Assembly: GCA_963845185.1 (NCBI GenBank)
Contig: CAWJRG010000009.1
Span: 288,001 to 352,000, forward strand
Direction: 5' to 3'
Origin: an uncultured bacterium
GTDB lineage: Bacteria > Oederibacteriota > PGYV01 > CAWJRG01
Length of the DNA: 64,000 nt
Part shown: positions 19,894 through 30,440 of the stretch, piece after piece
How positions within the stretch are numbered: the first letter of the stretch is position 1
How the letters are laid out: each line of letters begins with the position of its first letter
Program-made: the position numbers and the translations under genes
The notes under the pieces: generated by a model
What the model was told of the DNA's origin: nothing
The model's input: only the letters and a program-made list of their open reading frames with translations
The model's database searches: none

Positions 19894-21819
19894 ATGAAAA
19901 AAGAAAATCTTTTTGTAATTGTTTGTCTTGCAGTCTTTATTCTGTCCGCGTTTCTTATCCGCATGCCCATGATAAATTACGGCCTGCCATACCTTTTCCA
20001 CCCGGATGAATATGCAATCAGCAATGAAACTACGGAAAATATAAAATTTATGAGGCTGGACACGCATTATTACCTTTATCCTATTTATTCTGTTTATTTT
20101 TATACGGCTGTCGATTATGCATTCTGGAAAGCAGGCAGTTATTTTTGGCCTGACCAGATTCCCAAAAGCAGAAAAAATCTTGAGCCGAAAGTTTTTTATC
20201 AGGTCAACAGGACTGTTTCTGTTTTATTGGCTGTTTTATGCGTAATTGCTGTTTTTGTTTTGGGGAAAGTTTATTCAAATATTTACACAGGGCTGGCTTC
20301 TGCGGCGCTCTTATGCTTTTCGCCTGCCCATTTGCAAAATTCATGGATTATCAAACCGGACTCAGGAATGCTTCTTTTTTCAATAATTGCGCTTATATTT
20401 TATTATAAGTCGCTTAAGATACCTTCTCTTTTGAATCTGACATTTTCCTTCCTTTTAACAGCTGCAGCGATTCTGTTTAAACTAAACGCGTTTTGTCTAA
20501 TTATACCTGCTTTTTTTCTTGCCGGTTTTCTATGGGAAGAGAGCAGAGCCAACATAATAAAAGCATTACTCATTACTTTTGCTGTTGTAGCCGTAACAAT
20601 TCTGCCGGTTATTGGAAAAATTGGGACGATGATCAGCAAGCCGTTAAAGGCTTATATAAGTTATCAGACGGCTGAAGGAAGCAAATTTCCCAATCTTTAT
20701 TTTTTTAAGTATTATTTTGCCGGCGGGTTGGGCATTATTACTGCAACAGCTTGTTTCGGGGCTCTTTTATACGGAACGATAAAAATAGACAGAAGAAATA
20801 TTTTTATTTATTGGTATGTATGGGCTTATCTTATTGTTTTGCTGTTTGTAAAGAGAGATTTGGACCAGCATGCATTACTGATAGTCCCAGCGCTGTATTT
20901 GATATGCGCCGATACCCTGCAGGCATTGACTGTAAAGATTAAATATCTATTTCCGGTCTTGATTGGCATATTTGTCATTTCCGGCGCGCCTTTGTTGGCA
21001 GATTATATAAACATTCACATGATGAAAGATTCCAGAATATCTGCAAGAGAATGGGTTGAAAAAAGCATCAAGCCGGATGAGCCAGTTTTGTACGAGGTTA
21101 ATGGGCCGCCGATGTGTGATTTTGACCCTCCGCTGGATGGAAACCCGTCACTTGTATTAAAGAACATGAACATAACGTATATGAACAGGATGATAGATAA
21201 AAATGATATCATTGGTTGTGAATATTATATATTATCAAGATATACAAAATATGAGGGAGAACTTTCCAGCGAAGGCATTGTTGTTAAAAAATTTGAGGCA
21301 AAGGGGCTGGGCCCGGAGATAAAGATTTACAAAAAAAAATATGTTTTCAGACCTGAATTTTCAGACAAGACAATTGTGCCTTTCGGCGATACTTCTAAAA
21401 AATGGTACTATATTAACAGAGTAAGACCCATTTATCCGGCTATTGAATATGAAAATAACGGGATATTAATGAGTTTCGTTGACACTGAGAGAAAAGATGC
21501 TTATCATTATTTTCTTCAGCAATCTGATTTAAATACTTTTTTCGGATGGGAAAAACTCATAGATGATGACAGCTTTTTAATTACCAGACTGAAATGGGAC
21601 TCTAACGCGAGATTGTCTATTTGTACAATCGGAGAAAACGGGAATACAATATTAATTGAAGGCAAACGCGGCCTTGACAGGGAAACCGAACTTATATTAC
21701 ATGTTCCAAAGGGAAAGATATCAGGATTTATGTTCTATTTAAGTACTCCACATATGCTGCAGGAAACAAACAAGCGTATTTTTCTGCATATATATAAATC
21801 ATATATAGGAAAGTTATAA
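19894..21819 (+). CDS. Polytopic membrane glycosyltransferase (ArnT/PMT, GT39-like)
   Basis: HPDE motif after first TM, ~11 TM segments, DSRISAREWV. Confidence 0.7.
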   Translation: MKKENLFVIVCLAVFILSAFLIRMPMINYGLPYLFHPDEYAISNETTENIKFMRLDTHYYLYPIYSVYFYTAVDYAFWKAGSYFWPDQIPKSRKNLEPKVFYQVNRTVSVLLAVLCVIAVFVLGKVYSNIYTGLASAALLCFSPAHLQNSWIIKPDSGMLLFSIIALIFYYKSLKIPSLLNLTFSFLLTAAAILFKLNAFCLIIPAFFLAGFLWEESRANIIKALLITFAVVAVTILPVIGKIGTMISKPLKAYISYQTAEGSKFPNLYFFKYYFAGGLGIITATACFGALLYGTIKIDRRNIFIYWYVWAYLIVLLFVKRDLDQHALLIVPALYLICADTLQALTVKIKYLFPVLIGIFVISGAPLLADYINIHMMKDSRISAREWVEKSIKPDEPVLYEVNGPPMCDFDPPLDGNPSLVLKNMNITYMNRMIDKNDIIGCEYYILSRYTKYEGELSSEGIVVKKFEAKGLGPEIKIYKKKYVFRPEFSDKTIVPFGDTSKKWYYINRVRPIYPAIEYENNGILMSFVDTERKDAYHYFLQQSDLNTFFGWEKLIDDDSFLITRLKWDSNARLSICTIGENGNTILIEGKRGLDRETELILHVPKGKISGFMFYLSTPHMLQETNKRIFLHIYKSYIGKL

Positions 21820-21920
21820 ATTTATACGATGGTAATTTATTATTGCTTAAAAAGATAGTCATGATAAAATAATTAAAAATAAATAATATTGTATTACTTT
21901 CGACTTGAAAAAGCGAACTG

Positions 21921-22024
21921 ATACCGCTTGTCCGGACCTTGCGGTCCGGACTGGAGCGGGTACATGATAGCGTAATATTTTGTCGGCGCCTTCGGCTTGA
22001 CAAAATAAACGCTATCAAGGGAGA
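21921..22024 (+). repeat. Structured ~104 nt leader repeat, copy 1
   Basis: Near-identical to 23221-23324; two hairpins ending at the AAGGGAG RBS. Confidence 0.85.
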
Positions 22025-22027
22025 AAA

Positions 22028-23083
22028 ATGAAACAATTAAAAGTAGGCATAATCGGCTGCGGGATAATATTCCCAATGCACGCCGAGTCGATAAAACGCG
22101 ATAAATTTGGCGTATTAAAAGCTGTGTGCGATATAGAGCCGGGCATTGCGAAAAAAGCAGGCAATAAATACCGCGTCCCTTATTATACGGATTATAAAAC
22201 CATGGCCAAAATGGAAGAGCTCGACGTAGTACATGTTTGCACGCCGCATTATCTGCACAAAGAAATGTCCGTATACTGCTTGGATGCAGGCATAAATGTC
22301 CTGCAGGAAAAACCAATGGCAATGAGCGTCAAAGAAGCCCTTGAAATTACGCGCAAAGCAAAGGCTGTAAAAGTAAAATACGGCGTGATTTTCCAGAACA
22401 GGTATACTCCTGCGGCAATACTCTCCAGGAAAACAATCAATTCTGGCAGACTGGGGAAAATATGCTCGGCAAAACTCATCCTTACATGGCATAAACCCGA
22501 CAAGTATTATTTGAAAAGCAGATGGAGGGGTACTTTTGACAAGGAAGGCGGCGGGGTTATAATTGACCAGGCCATACACTCGCTTGATTTATTAAGATGG
22601 CTGTTTAATTCCGAAGTTGAGTATGTGGACGCTTCTACATTTAACAGGCTGCACGATATTGTGGAAGTAGAGGATGAAGCGATTGGCGTCATAATGTTTA
22701 AGTCCGGCGCGTATATAAGCTTCTATACCATGAATCATTATTCCTACGATGACGATGTGTTTATGGAAATACACGGCAAAAACGGAAGGATAAAGATAAT
22801 TAAAGACAGCGCGGATGTTTATTATAAAACAGGCAAAGCGGAAAGAGCTGCGCCGAAATCGGGAGATTATATTGACTACGGCAATGGGGTAAAGGATTAC
22901 TGGGGCATATGCCATTCCATTCAAATAAACAAGTTTTACGGGGCAATATTGAAAAACAAGCCTTTTGAAATCAACGCTGACGAGGGACTTAAAACCCAGT
23001 GGCTCGTCAATGCCATATATGAATCAAGCCGGCTTAAAAAGCGGCTTTATATGGACGAGTTCAAGGAAAACTTGCGCAGATAA
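22028..23083 (+). CDS. Gfo/Idh/MocA family oxidoreductase
   Basis: GIIGCG, CTPHYLH, EKPMA, GGGVIIDQAIHSLD. Confidence 0.92.
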   Translation: MKQLKVGIIGCGIIFPMHAESIKRDKFGVLKAVCDIEPGIAKKAGNKYRVPYYTDYKTMAKMEELDVVHVCTPHYLHKEMSVYCLDAGINVLQEKPMAMSVKEALEITRKAKAVKVKYGVIFQNRYTPAAILSRKTINSGRLGKICSAKLILTWHKPDKYYLKSRWRGTFDKEGGGVIIDQAIHSLDLLRWLFNSEVEYVDASTFNRLHDIVEVEDEAIGVIMFKSGAYISFYTMNHYSYDDDVFMEIHGKNGRIKIIKDSADVYYKTGKAERAAPKSGDYIDYGNGVKDYWGICHSIQINKFYGAILKNKPFEINADEGLKTQWLVNAIYESSRLKKRLYMDEFKENLRR

Positions 23084-23122
23084 ATCCGGGCATAAGTATT
23101 ACATTCGGATTTCGCCCACCAA

Positions 23123-23151
23123 TTGACACCAATTTTTATTTATGTTATTAT
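23123..23151 (+). promoter_or_regulatory. Sigma-70 promoter of the lysine operon
   Basis: TTGACA-N17-TATTAT with extended TG. Confidence 0.7.
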
Positions 23152-23220
23152 TCATATGTTATATTTTACCTGGCATACAATCCATCCTTGGGCTGATGAA
23201 GCTTGAAGGGCACACAATAA

Positions 23221-23324
23221 ATACCGCTTGTCCTCGGCTGAAGCCTCGGACTTGAGCGGGTACATGATAGCGTAATATTTTGCCGGCGCCTTCGGCTTGA
23301 CAAAATAAACGCTATCAAGGGAGA
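23221..23324 (+). repeat. Structured ~104 nt leader repeat, copy 2
   Basis: Near-identical to 21921-22024, exactly 1300 bp downstream; lies in the predicted lysA 5' UTR. Confidence 0.85.
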
Positions 23325-23329
23325 CAGCA

Positions 23330-24583
23330 ATGGATTATTTTTCTTTTAAAGACAATGTATTATTCGCAGAGGATGTGGACGTAAACAAGCTGGCTAAAAA
23401 ATACGGGACACCCCTATATATTTACAGCCACAGAACCTTTGTCGAGCATTTCAGGAAAATAAAAAATGCCTTTGCCGACATGGACACCCTTATATGCTAT
23501 TCGGCAAAAGCCTGCTCGAATCTTACCGTAATGAAAGAGCTTGAAAAAGAGGGAGCGGGATTTGACATAGTGTCCGGGGGCGAGCTTTACCGCGCCATTA
23601 AAATAGGGGCAGACCCGAAAAAAATAGTTTATGCCGGTGTCGGCAAAACAAAAGAAGAAATGGAATATTCCATTGAGTCGGGCATACTTATGTTCAACGT
23701 GGAAAGCGTAAATGAGCTTAAAGCAATTGACCACATGGCAAGAGCCATGAAGAAAAAAATAAGCGTAGCGCTGAGGATAAACCCGGATGTGGATTCGCCG
23801 ACGCACGAGTACATAACAACAGGGAAAAAAGAAAACAAATTCGGAATTGACATAGTGCTGGCATACGAGCTTTTCAGGAACAGCAAAAAGTATAAAAATA
23901 TCAGCATTAAAGGCATACACATGCATATAGGGTCGCAGATAACCATTGCTCAGCCCTACATAGAGGCAATAAGCAAGATAGGCAAATTCATTAAAGACCT
24001 GAAAAACGAGGGCATAACAATAGAGTACTTTAATATAGGCGGAGGCCTTGGCATCATTTACAACGAGGAAAGGCCGTCGACTGCAGATTCTTTTGCCCTG
24101 GCAATAAAACCATACCTTGCAGGGCTTGATATAAAACTTATCCTGGAGCCCGGCAGGTTTATAGTCGGCAATGCAGGCATACTTGTGACGAGTGTAATTT
24201 ACAACAAAAAGGGAATAAAGAAAAATTTCCTGATTGTTGACGCAGGCATGAACGACCTGATAAGGCCGAGCCTTTACCACGCATATCACAAAATAATACC
24301 GGTAAATCCGGCTAAAGGCACACTTGAGTTTTATGACGTGGTGGGACCGATATGCGAAAGCGCGGATTTTCTTGGCAAGGACAGGCACCTGCCTCCTATA
24401 AAAGAAGGCGATTTACTCGCAGTAAGGAGCGCAGGGGCTTACGGCTTTTCGATGTCGTCAAATTACAACTCAAGGCCGAGGGCAGCGGAAGTGCTTGTGA
24501 AAGGCGGAAAAGATTACCTTATCCGCGCAAGGGAAAGTTTCGAGGACCTTGTCAACAACGAAAAAATAGTGAATATAAAATAA
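23330..24583 (+). CDS. lysA: Diaminopimelate decarboxylase
   Basis: YGTPLYIY, YSAKA (PLP Lys), DIVSGGEL, HIGSQ, EPGRF, GPICESAD, MSSNYNSRPR. Confidence 0.97.
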   Translation: MDYFSFKDNVLFAEDVDVNKLAKKYGTPLYIYSHRTFVEHFRKIKNAFADMDTLICYSAKACSNLTVMKELEKEGAGFDIVSGGELYRAIKIGADPKKIVYAGVGKTKEEMEYSIESGILMFNVESVNELKAIDHMARAMKKKISVALRINPDVDSPTHEYITTGKKENKFGIDIVLAYELFRNSKKYKNISIKGIHMHIGSQITIAQPYIEAISKIGKFIKDLKNEGITIEYFNIGGGLGIIYNEERPSTADSFALAIKPYLAGLDIKLILEPGRFIVGNAGILVTSVIYNKKGIKKNFLIVDAGMNDLIRPSLYHAYHKIIPVNPAKGTLEFYDVVGPICESADFLGKDRHLPPIKEGDLLAVRSAGAYGFSMSSNYNSRPRAAEVLVKGGKDYLIRARESFEDLVNNEKIVNIK

Positions 24584-24654
24584 ACCCAATTCAGGCAGCA
24601 AGTGTTTTGCAGGGGTAATCGAAGCGTAAATTTGCCAATGAAAGGATGATATAT

Positions 24655-25494
24655 ATGAAAGAACTGCATTTTATGAAAATGTCCGGAGCGGGCAATGATT
24701 TTATCATGATTGACAACTATGACGGCAAAATAAAAATCACCCCGAAGGAAATAGAAAAGATATGTGACAGGCACCACGCGCTGGGCGCGGACGGGGTTCT
24801 TATTGTCGAAGAGCCGCCTTCGGATGAATATGATTTTTACATGAGGTATTACAATTCCGACGGCTCTGAAGCAGAGATGTGCGGCAACGGCGCAAGGTGC
24901 ATTGCAAGGTTTGCCTATATCAAACAACACGCAGCGGATAAAATGAGATTCCTCGCCAAAGACGGCGAGCATTACGCTGAAGTAAAAAAAGACGGCAGCG
25001 TGAAAGTCGGCATGATTGAGCCGTATGACATACGGAAAAACGTTACTGTAAACTCGATAAAAGGAGCCTTTATAAATACGGGCGTGCCTCATTTCGTGAC
25101 AGAAGTAAAGGACATAACAAAAGTTGACGTTAAAAATATCGGCAGGGAAATAAGGTTCCACAAAAATTTTGCGCCAAAAGGCACGAATGTGGATTTTGTG
25201 CAGGCAAAAGGCACGAACGTGAATTTTGTTCAGGCAAAAGGCCATGGGCTGCTTATACGGACATACGAGAGGGGCGTTGAGGATGAAACTCTTGCCTGTG
25301 GCACAGGCGCAGTAGCGGCGGCTGTCATAATGCATTTGACAAAAAATATAAAAAAGCCGGTTATTGTATTTGCTTGCGGAGGCGAATTGAAAGTTCATTT
25401 TGACGCCAAGGCGGATAAAATAAGCAATGTGTTTTTGGAAGGAAGCGCAAAAAAAATCGCGGAAGGCGAAATAATGCCGGAAGTTTTCAGGTAA
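24655..25494 (+). CDS. dapF: Diaminopimelate epimerase (carries a 10-aa tandem duplication)
   Basis: KMSGAGNDF, EMCGNGARC, NTGVPH, ERGVEDETLACGTG. Confidence 0.96.
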   Translation: MKELHFMKMSGAGNDFIMIDNYDGKIKITPKEIEKICDRHHALGADGVLIVEEPPSDEYDFYMRYYNSDGSEAEMCGNGARCIARFAYIKQHAADKMRFLAKDGEHYAEVKKDGSVKVGMIEPYDIRKNVTVNSIKGAFINTGVPHFVTEVKDITKVDVKNIGREIRFHKNFAPKGTNVDFVQAKGTNVNFVQAKGHGLLIRTYERGVEDETLACGTGAVAAAVIMHLTKNIKKPVIVFACGGELKVHFDAKADKISNVFLEGSAKKIAEGEIMPEVFR

Positions 25495-25517
25495 ATCCGG
25501 GGAAAAGGAGAAAAACC

Positions 25518-26393
25518 ATGTTCAAAGGTTCCTATGTAGCGATAGTAACGCCGTTTAAAGACGGGAAAATAGACGAAGATTCATACAAAACCCTTATTGA
25601 GATGCACGCGAACGCGGGCACCGACGGCATTGTGCCGTGCGGTACCACAGGAGAATCGCCGACACTTTCACCCGAGGAGCATGAGTACATGATTGACCTG
25701 ACGGTAAAACTTGTGAATAAAAGGATGAAAGTAGTCGCAGGTACAGGCTCAAATTCGACACAAGAGGCAATAGAGTATACAAAAGCAGCTGAAAAATCAG
25801 GAGCTGACGCGGCGCTTTTGGTAAGCCCGTATTACAACAAACCTACGCAAAAAGGGCTGTATGCGCATTTTAAAGCAGTGGCAGACGCGGTAAAAATACC
25901 TATTATCGTGTATAACATACAATCACGTACAGGCGTAAATATTACAACGCCTATTATGGCGCAGCTTTCGAAAATCCCGAACATAAGGGGCGTAAAAGAG
26001 GCAAGCGGAGACCTGGCTCAGATGAGCGAGGTTATCAACACGTGCGGTTCTGATTTTGACGTTTTGTCGGGTGACGACGCTTTAACCCTGCCATTGCTTG
26101 CGATAGGCGGCAAAGGTATAATATCAGTTATCGCGAATATCATACCAAAGGATGTTAAGGACATGGTTTCTGCCTTTTTTAAAGGCGACATTAAAAAAGC
26201 GCAGGATTTACACCACAGGATGTTCCCGCTTGTTAAAGCAATGTTTATCGAGACCAATCCGATACCGGTAAAAGCCGCATGCAGCCTGATGGGGCTTACA
26301 GGGCCTGAGATAAGGCTGCCCATGACTTATATCGAGGGTGACAATTTGCAAAAACTAAAAAAAGCAATGCAGGATTATGGACTGAAAGTATAA
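25518..26393 (+). CDS. dapA: 4-hydroxy-tetrahydrodipicolinate synthase
   Basis: GTTGESPTL, PYYNKPTQ, YNIQSRT, GVKEASG, ETNPIPVK. Confidence 0.97.
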   Translation: MFKGSYVAIVTPFKDGKIDEDSYKTLIEMHANAGTDGIVPCGTTGESPTLSPEEHEYMIDLTVKLVNKRMKVVAGTGSNSTQEAIEYTKAAEKSGADAALLVSPYYNKPTQKGLYAHFKAVADAVKIPIIVYNIQSRTGVNITTPIMAQLSKIPNIRGVKEASGDLAQMSEVINTCGSDFDVLSGDDALTLPLLAIGGKGIISVIANIIPKDVKDMVSAFFKGDIKKAQDLHHRMFPLVKAMFIETNPIPVKAACSLMGLTGPEIRLPMTYIEGDNLQKLKKAMQDYGLKV

Positions 26394-26485
26394 AGTAGAG
26401 TGATAAGTGGTAAGTGAGAAGTGGTAAGGGAAAAACTGGAAACCTGAAACTGTAAACTGGAAACTCAATTGAGGAGATGATAAAT

Positions 26486-27262
26486 ATGATTAAGGTTGGA
26501 ATTACAGGCGTTGGCGGACGCGTGGGGTCTATAATAGCAGAGCTTGTGTCAAAAACAGAGGATATTAAACTCGTTGCCTGCCTGGAGAAAAAAGGGCACA
26601 GCATCGTCGGCAGGGAAATTGGGGGCTGCAAAGTCATTGACAACATAAAAGACGGGATATCCGGCATAGAAGTGTTTATTGATTTTACAATGCCTGAAGC
26701 AACCTTAAGTAATTTAAAAGCAGTTGTTGACGGCGGCAAGGCCATGGTGATAGGCACAACAGGGTTCAAGGAAAACGAATTAAAGGAAATCGACAATGCT
26801 GCAAAAAAAATACCAATTGTTTTATCGTCAAATTACAGTGTGGGCGTAAATGTCATGTGGAAGCTCGCCAAAGAGGCGACAAAAATCTTAAAACAGGACT
26901 ATGATATAGATATTATCGAAGCGCATCACAGGATGAAAAAAGACGCGCCATCAGGCACTGCCATGACAGCCGCGAAAATAATCATAGATGAGAAAAACGG
27001 GGATTTAAACAGGGATATTGTTTTTGGCAGGCAGGGCAGGGACAATGAAAGGCCCCGGGCTCAAATAGGCATGCTGTCTGTGCGCGCAGGAGGCATAGTG
27101 GGCGAGCACACCATAATATTCGCCAGCATGGGTGACAAGCTCGAGATATCCCATACTGCTTTTTCACGTGAGACTTTCGCGGAAGGTGCCTTAAAAGCTG
27201 TACGGTTCATAGCAGGCAAGAAACCCGGACTTTATTCAATGTCTGATGTGCTTGGCATATAG
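26486..27262 (+). CDS. dapB: 4-hydroxy-tetrahydrodipicolinate reductase
   Basis: IDFT, VIGTTG, EAHHRMKKDAPSGTA, GEH. Confidence 0.96.
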   Translation: MIKVGITGVGGRVGSIIAELVSKTEDIKLVACLEKKGHSIVGREIGGCKVIDNIKDGISGIEVFIDFTMPEATLSNLKAVVDGGKAMVIGTTGFKENELKEIDNAAKKIPIVLSSNYSVGVNVMWKLAKEATKILKQDYDIDIIEAHHRMKKDAPSGTAMTAAKIIIDEKNGDLNRDIVFGRQGRDNERPRAQIGMLSVRAGGIVGEHTIIFASMGDKLEISHTAFSRETFAEGALKAVRFIAGKKPGLYSMSDVLGI

Positions 27263-27288
27263 ATTTTAAGATACGGCAACGGAAAAAA

Positions 27289-27972
27289 ATGACCAAATTC
27301 GTCAGATACATGCAAGCCGGCGGTAAGCCTAAGTGGGGAATGGTAAATAACAACAATGAGTTTCTGGAACTTGCAGGCGATGTATTTACCAATTACGACA
27401 TTACGAAAAAAATAGTGAAAGCCGAAGATGTTAAAATTTTGCCTCCGGCAATGCCGTCAAAAATAATCGCGGCAGGCCTGAATTACAGGAAGCACTCTGA
27501 TGAAATGAACATGAAACTGCCTGACGAGCCGGTTATTTTTTTGAAGCCTGGCACTGCAGTCATAGGACATTTGGATAAAATAATTTATCCCGAAGGGGCA
27601 ACGAGGGTGGATTATGAAGCTGAACTGGCAATAGTAATAAAAGAAAAATGCAGGAACTTAAGCGAGGATGAAATTGACAAATATATCCTGGGCTATACCT
27701 GTTTGAACGACGTGACCGAGCGCGACATGCAGAAAAAAGACGGGCAATGGACAAGGGCAAAGTCATTCGATACTTTCGCGCCAATGGGGCCGTATATTGT
27801 ACAGGGGATAGACCCGGACAACCAGGATGTCAGGCTGTATTTGAACGGCGAAATAAAACAGGACTCAAACACGGCAAATTTTATTTTTAATACAAAAAAG
27901 CTGGTGAGTTTTATATCAAAAGTAATGACTTTGTTACCCGGAGACGTGATTTCAACAGGCACTGCCATCTAG
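27289..27972 (+). pseudogene. Fumarylacetoacetate-hydrolase family gene, 5' part, interrupted at GDVISTGT
   Basis: GLNYRKH, DYEAELA, NDVTERD, KSFDTFAPMGP, LLPGDVISTGT; the missing C-terminus is at 31557-31643. Confidence 0.9.
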
Positions 27973-28215
27973 AGCACACAATGCAGATCGTCCAATGAAT
28001 ATGTATGATTATATCGGACAATATCAGTCTATTTTTCCAAACCTGGATTTTGTGGAAGTAATATCTGAAATTCAGCATGAATCACGGGGTGATGCATCTT
28101 TAGTTACTTATGAGCCCAGAGTACATGATTATAGCTGGGGTATTCTTCAGGTGCGTGGACAAACATTAAGATATATGGGATATACAGGTTCGTTCAAAAA
28201 TATGCTTAATTTAAA
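27965..28215 (+). pseudogene. Lytic transglycosylase (SLT)-like gene fragment, truncated at both ends
   Basis: EIQHESRGD...SWGILQV resembles the ES..GLMQ motifs; frame open to the left junction; cut by IS1380. Confidence 0.55.
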
Positions 28216-29892
28216 CCCGCATCCGTTATATCAAATTCATAAAAGAGAATGAAAAAGGGCTAAAAGTATTATATAATAAGGTAAATAAAAGTTTTTGAGC
28301 TGTAAAAAGGAGGACACCTAATGGGTGAAGCGAAAAAACACTGTTTTAAATTCAGTTTTACTGACAAAGTAAAAGCATATTTTAAGGGTTCTGAAATTAC
28401 GTCGGACGGTGGATTAATTGCTATTCGAGAACTTGATGAAAAAATGGGTCTGACTATTTTGGCTGAAAAACACCTGACTGATAAAAGAAACGGAAGAAAT
28501 ATTCAACATGACTTAACCGAACTTTTACGACAATCCATATATAGCCGTTTGGCGGGCTACGAAGATGTAAATGATGCCAAGCAACTAAGGAACGACCCTT
28601 CTTTAAGGGCAGTACTTGGTGACCGGGCATTACAGAGAAATGGCAGCAGTGAGGCCACTGTTGGAAAATTCGAAACAGAAATACTCACCGAAGGAAATAA
28701 CCTGGAAAAACTCGATGAGATGTTAATGAATTGGATAGGCAAAGCGGATAAGATTAGGGGCGTTAAAAAAATAGTGCTTGATTTGGATTCGTCCGAAAGC
28801 CCGGTATATGGTGAACAGGAAGGAAGCGCTTATAACGGTTATTTCGGATCAAAATGTTATCACCCCCTTTTCTGTTTCAATCAATTTGGAGATTGTCTTA
28901 AGGCAAAATTAAGACCGGGTAATGTCCATAGCGCCGATGCGTGGTTGGAGTTTATCGAACCCGTTTTAAGAAATTATATCAGCAAAGGGTTTAAAGTCAC
29001 CTTCCGTGCAGACGCGGCTTTTGGGATACCGGAATTATATGAACTCTGCGAAGAACTTGGCGTAGAATACGTCATTAGGCTAAGAGAGAATAATTGCCTT
29101 GCAGAAGAGATATCCGGCTTACTGAAAAAGCCCGTCAAAAAAACCGACAAAAAGTTCATCACGCTGTATAAAGATTTTATGTATCGAGCCAAGTCGTGGA
29201 ATAAAAAAAGAAGAGTGATTGCAAAAATAGAATATCACCATGGCGAATTGTTTCCGCGGGTGGGATTTATTATAACAAGTTTAAACTGGCTCGATAAAAA
29301 AGCAGTAAAATTTTATAACAAACGTGGTACTTGCGAACAATGGATCAAGGAGGGAAAACACACGCTGAATTGGACGAAGCTATCCTGCAAGAGATTTAAG
29401 GAGAATGAAGCGAGATTGAAATTATTTATTTTGGCATATAATTCAGGAAATTTCTTACGGACCTGGTTTTACCAAAGAAGATAAAACACTGGTCGTTAAA
29501 AACGATACAGTTAAAGTTGATAAAAATAGGTGGCAGATTAATAAAACATGCCAGGTATTACTGGTTGTTATTGGCCGAGGTTTCTATTACAGCAAAGATA
29601 TTTTCCGGTTTAATGCATAATATTCGGAAATTACGCCCGGCAAGCGGCTGATAGAATTGGCTTGGTAACATGTAACATATTTATAGAGGAGCAAACAAAA
29701 ATGATTGGACAGGCTTGTCTAAAAATATGGAATTGGGAAAGATTAGACCGAAAAATCGGGTAATCGGTATAGTTTGGAGGAAAATATTTCATTGAACCAA
29801 CAGAATAAAAACATTTCTCTTGATTTTGACATCATTTGGAGTAAAATTAATGATGAAAATAGGCTGGTTGATTTTGATATGACGGATACCAG
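28216..29892 (+). mobile_element. IS1380-family insertion sequence
   Basis: Imperfect terminal IRs (CCCGCATCCGTTATATCAAA and TTTGATATGACGGATACCAG) around a DDE transposase; no target duplication visible. Confidence 0.85.
28321..29651 (+). pseudogene. IS1380-family transposase, frameshifted near 29461
   Basis: TSDGGL, GYEDVNDA, LDLDSS, CYHPL, LRPGNVHSA, RADAAF, FYNKRGTCEQWIKEGK; C-terminus LVLPKKIKHWSL...KHARYYW continues in another frame to TGA 29651. Confidence 0.9.
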
Positions 29893-30375
29893 ACAAATAC
29901 TCCAATAGTAGCGGATACATTTACTTTTACGAAAACTCCCACTTATACTCCGACTCGTGGAAGCCTATTCACCCATACTAATACTCCTACAAATTCTTCG
30001 ACGGCGACTGATACGCCATCTTTTACCGCTTCATCTACATTTACTGCTACTCCAATTTTTACCGCTACTCCGACAGTGAACGTTACTCCTCAGTATTTTT
30101 ACAATGACGCAGCCATTATATTTAATAACAACATATTTATTACGTCCGTTACTGGAATGTGGACTATTCCAAATCTATATGGATCAGCCACAGTCGGAAT
30201 GGCTTTTCTTAGAAATGGTCCCAGTGGTTCTTTTGAGGCAACATTAGCTATAGATTCCATGACGGTAACTGTTACCGTGCAAGCTGTGGATGGATCGCCA
30301 ATTAATTGCAGTGGATATCCAGCTGAAGTAGGATTGACGCTCTATAAAGGAAATTCTTTAGCTCCATGGCAATAA
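29893..30375 (+). pseudogene. 5'-truncated Thr/Pro-rich (phage-like) gene
   Basis: Frame open from the IS right end: TNTP..TKTPTYTPT..TATPIFTATPT, then ORF 30076-30375. Confidence 0.55.
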
Positions 30376-30376
30376 A

Positions 30377-30405
30377 TGGACAAATTAAGAAGAAAACAGT
30401 ATAAT
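30377..30405 (+). promoter_or_regulatory. Sigma-70-type promoter inside the phage fragment
   Basis: TGGACA-N17-TATAAT followed by AGGAGG RBS and ATG 30441. Confidence 0.6.
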
Positions 30406-30440
30406 ATAATACTAGACATTAACTTTTAGGAGGAATAATT

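Noticed and set aside
23190..23215. CTGATGA as a hammerhead ribozyme core
   Set aside because: No stem II followed by GAAA and no matching cleavage-site helix
21921..23324. Leader repeats or island modules as integron attC sites
   Set aside because: No RYYYAAC/GTTRRRY boxes at the stem ends and no integron integrase in the window
23158..23329. Lysine riboswitch upstream of lysA
   Set aside because: Lacks the AGAGGNGC start and multi-helix layout, and the same element precedes unrelated genes
23414..25398. Long minus-strand ORFs (324 aa and 294 aa)
   Set aside because: Antisense shadows of lysA and dapF
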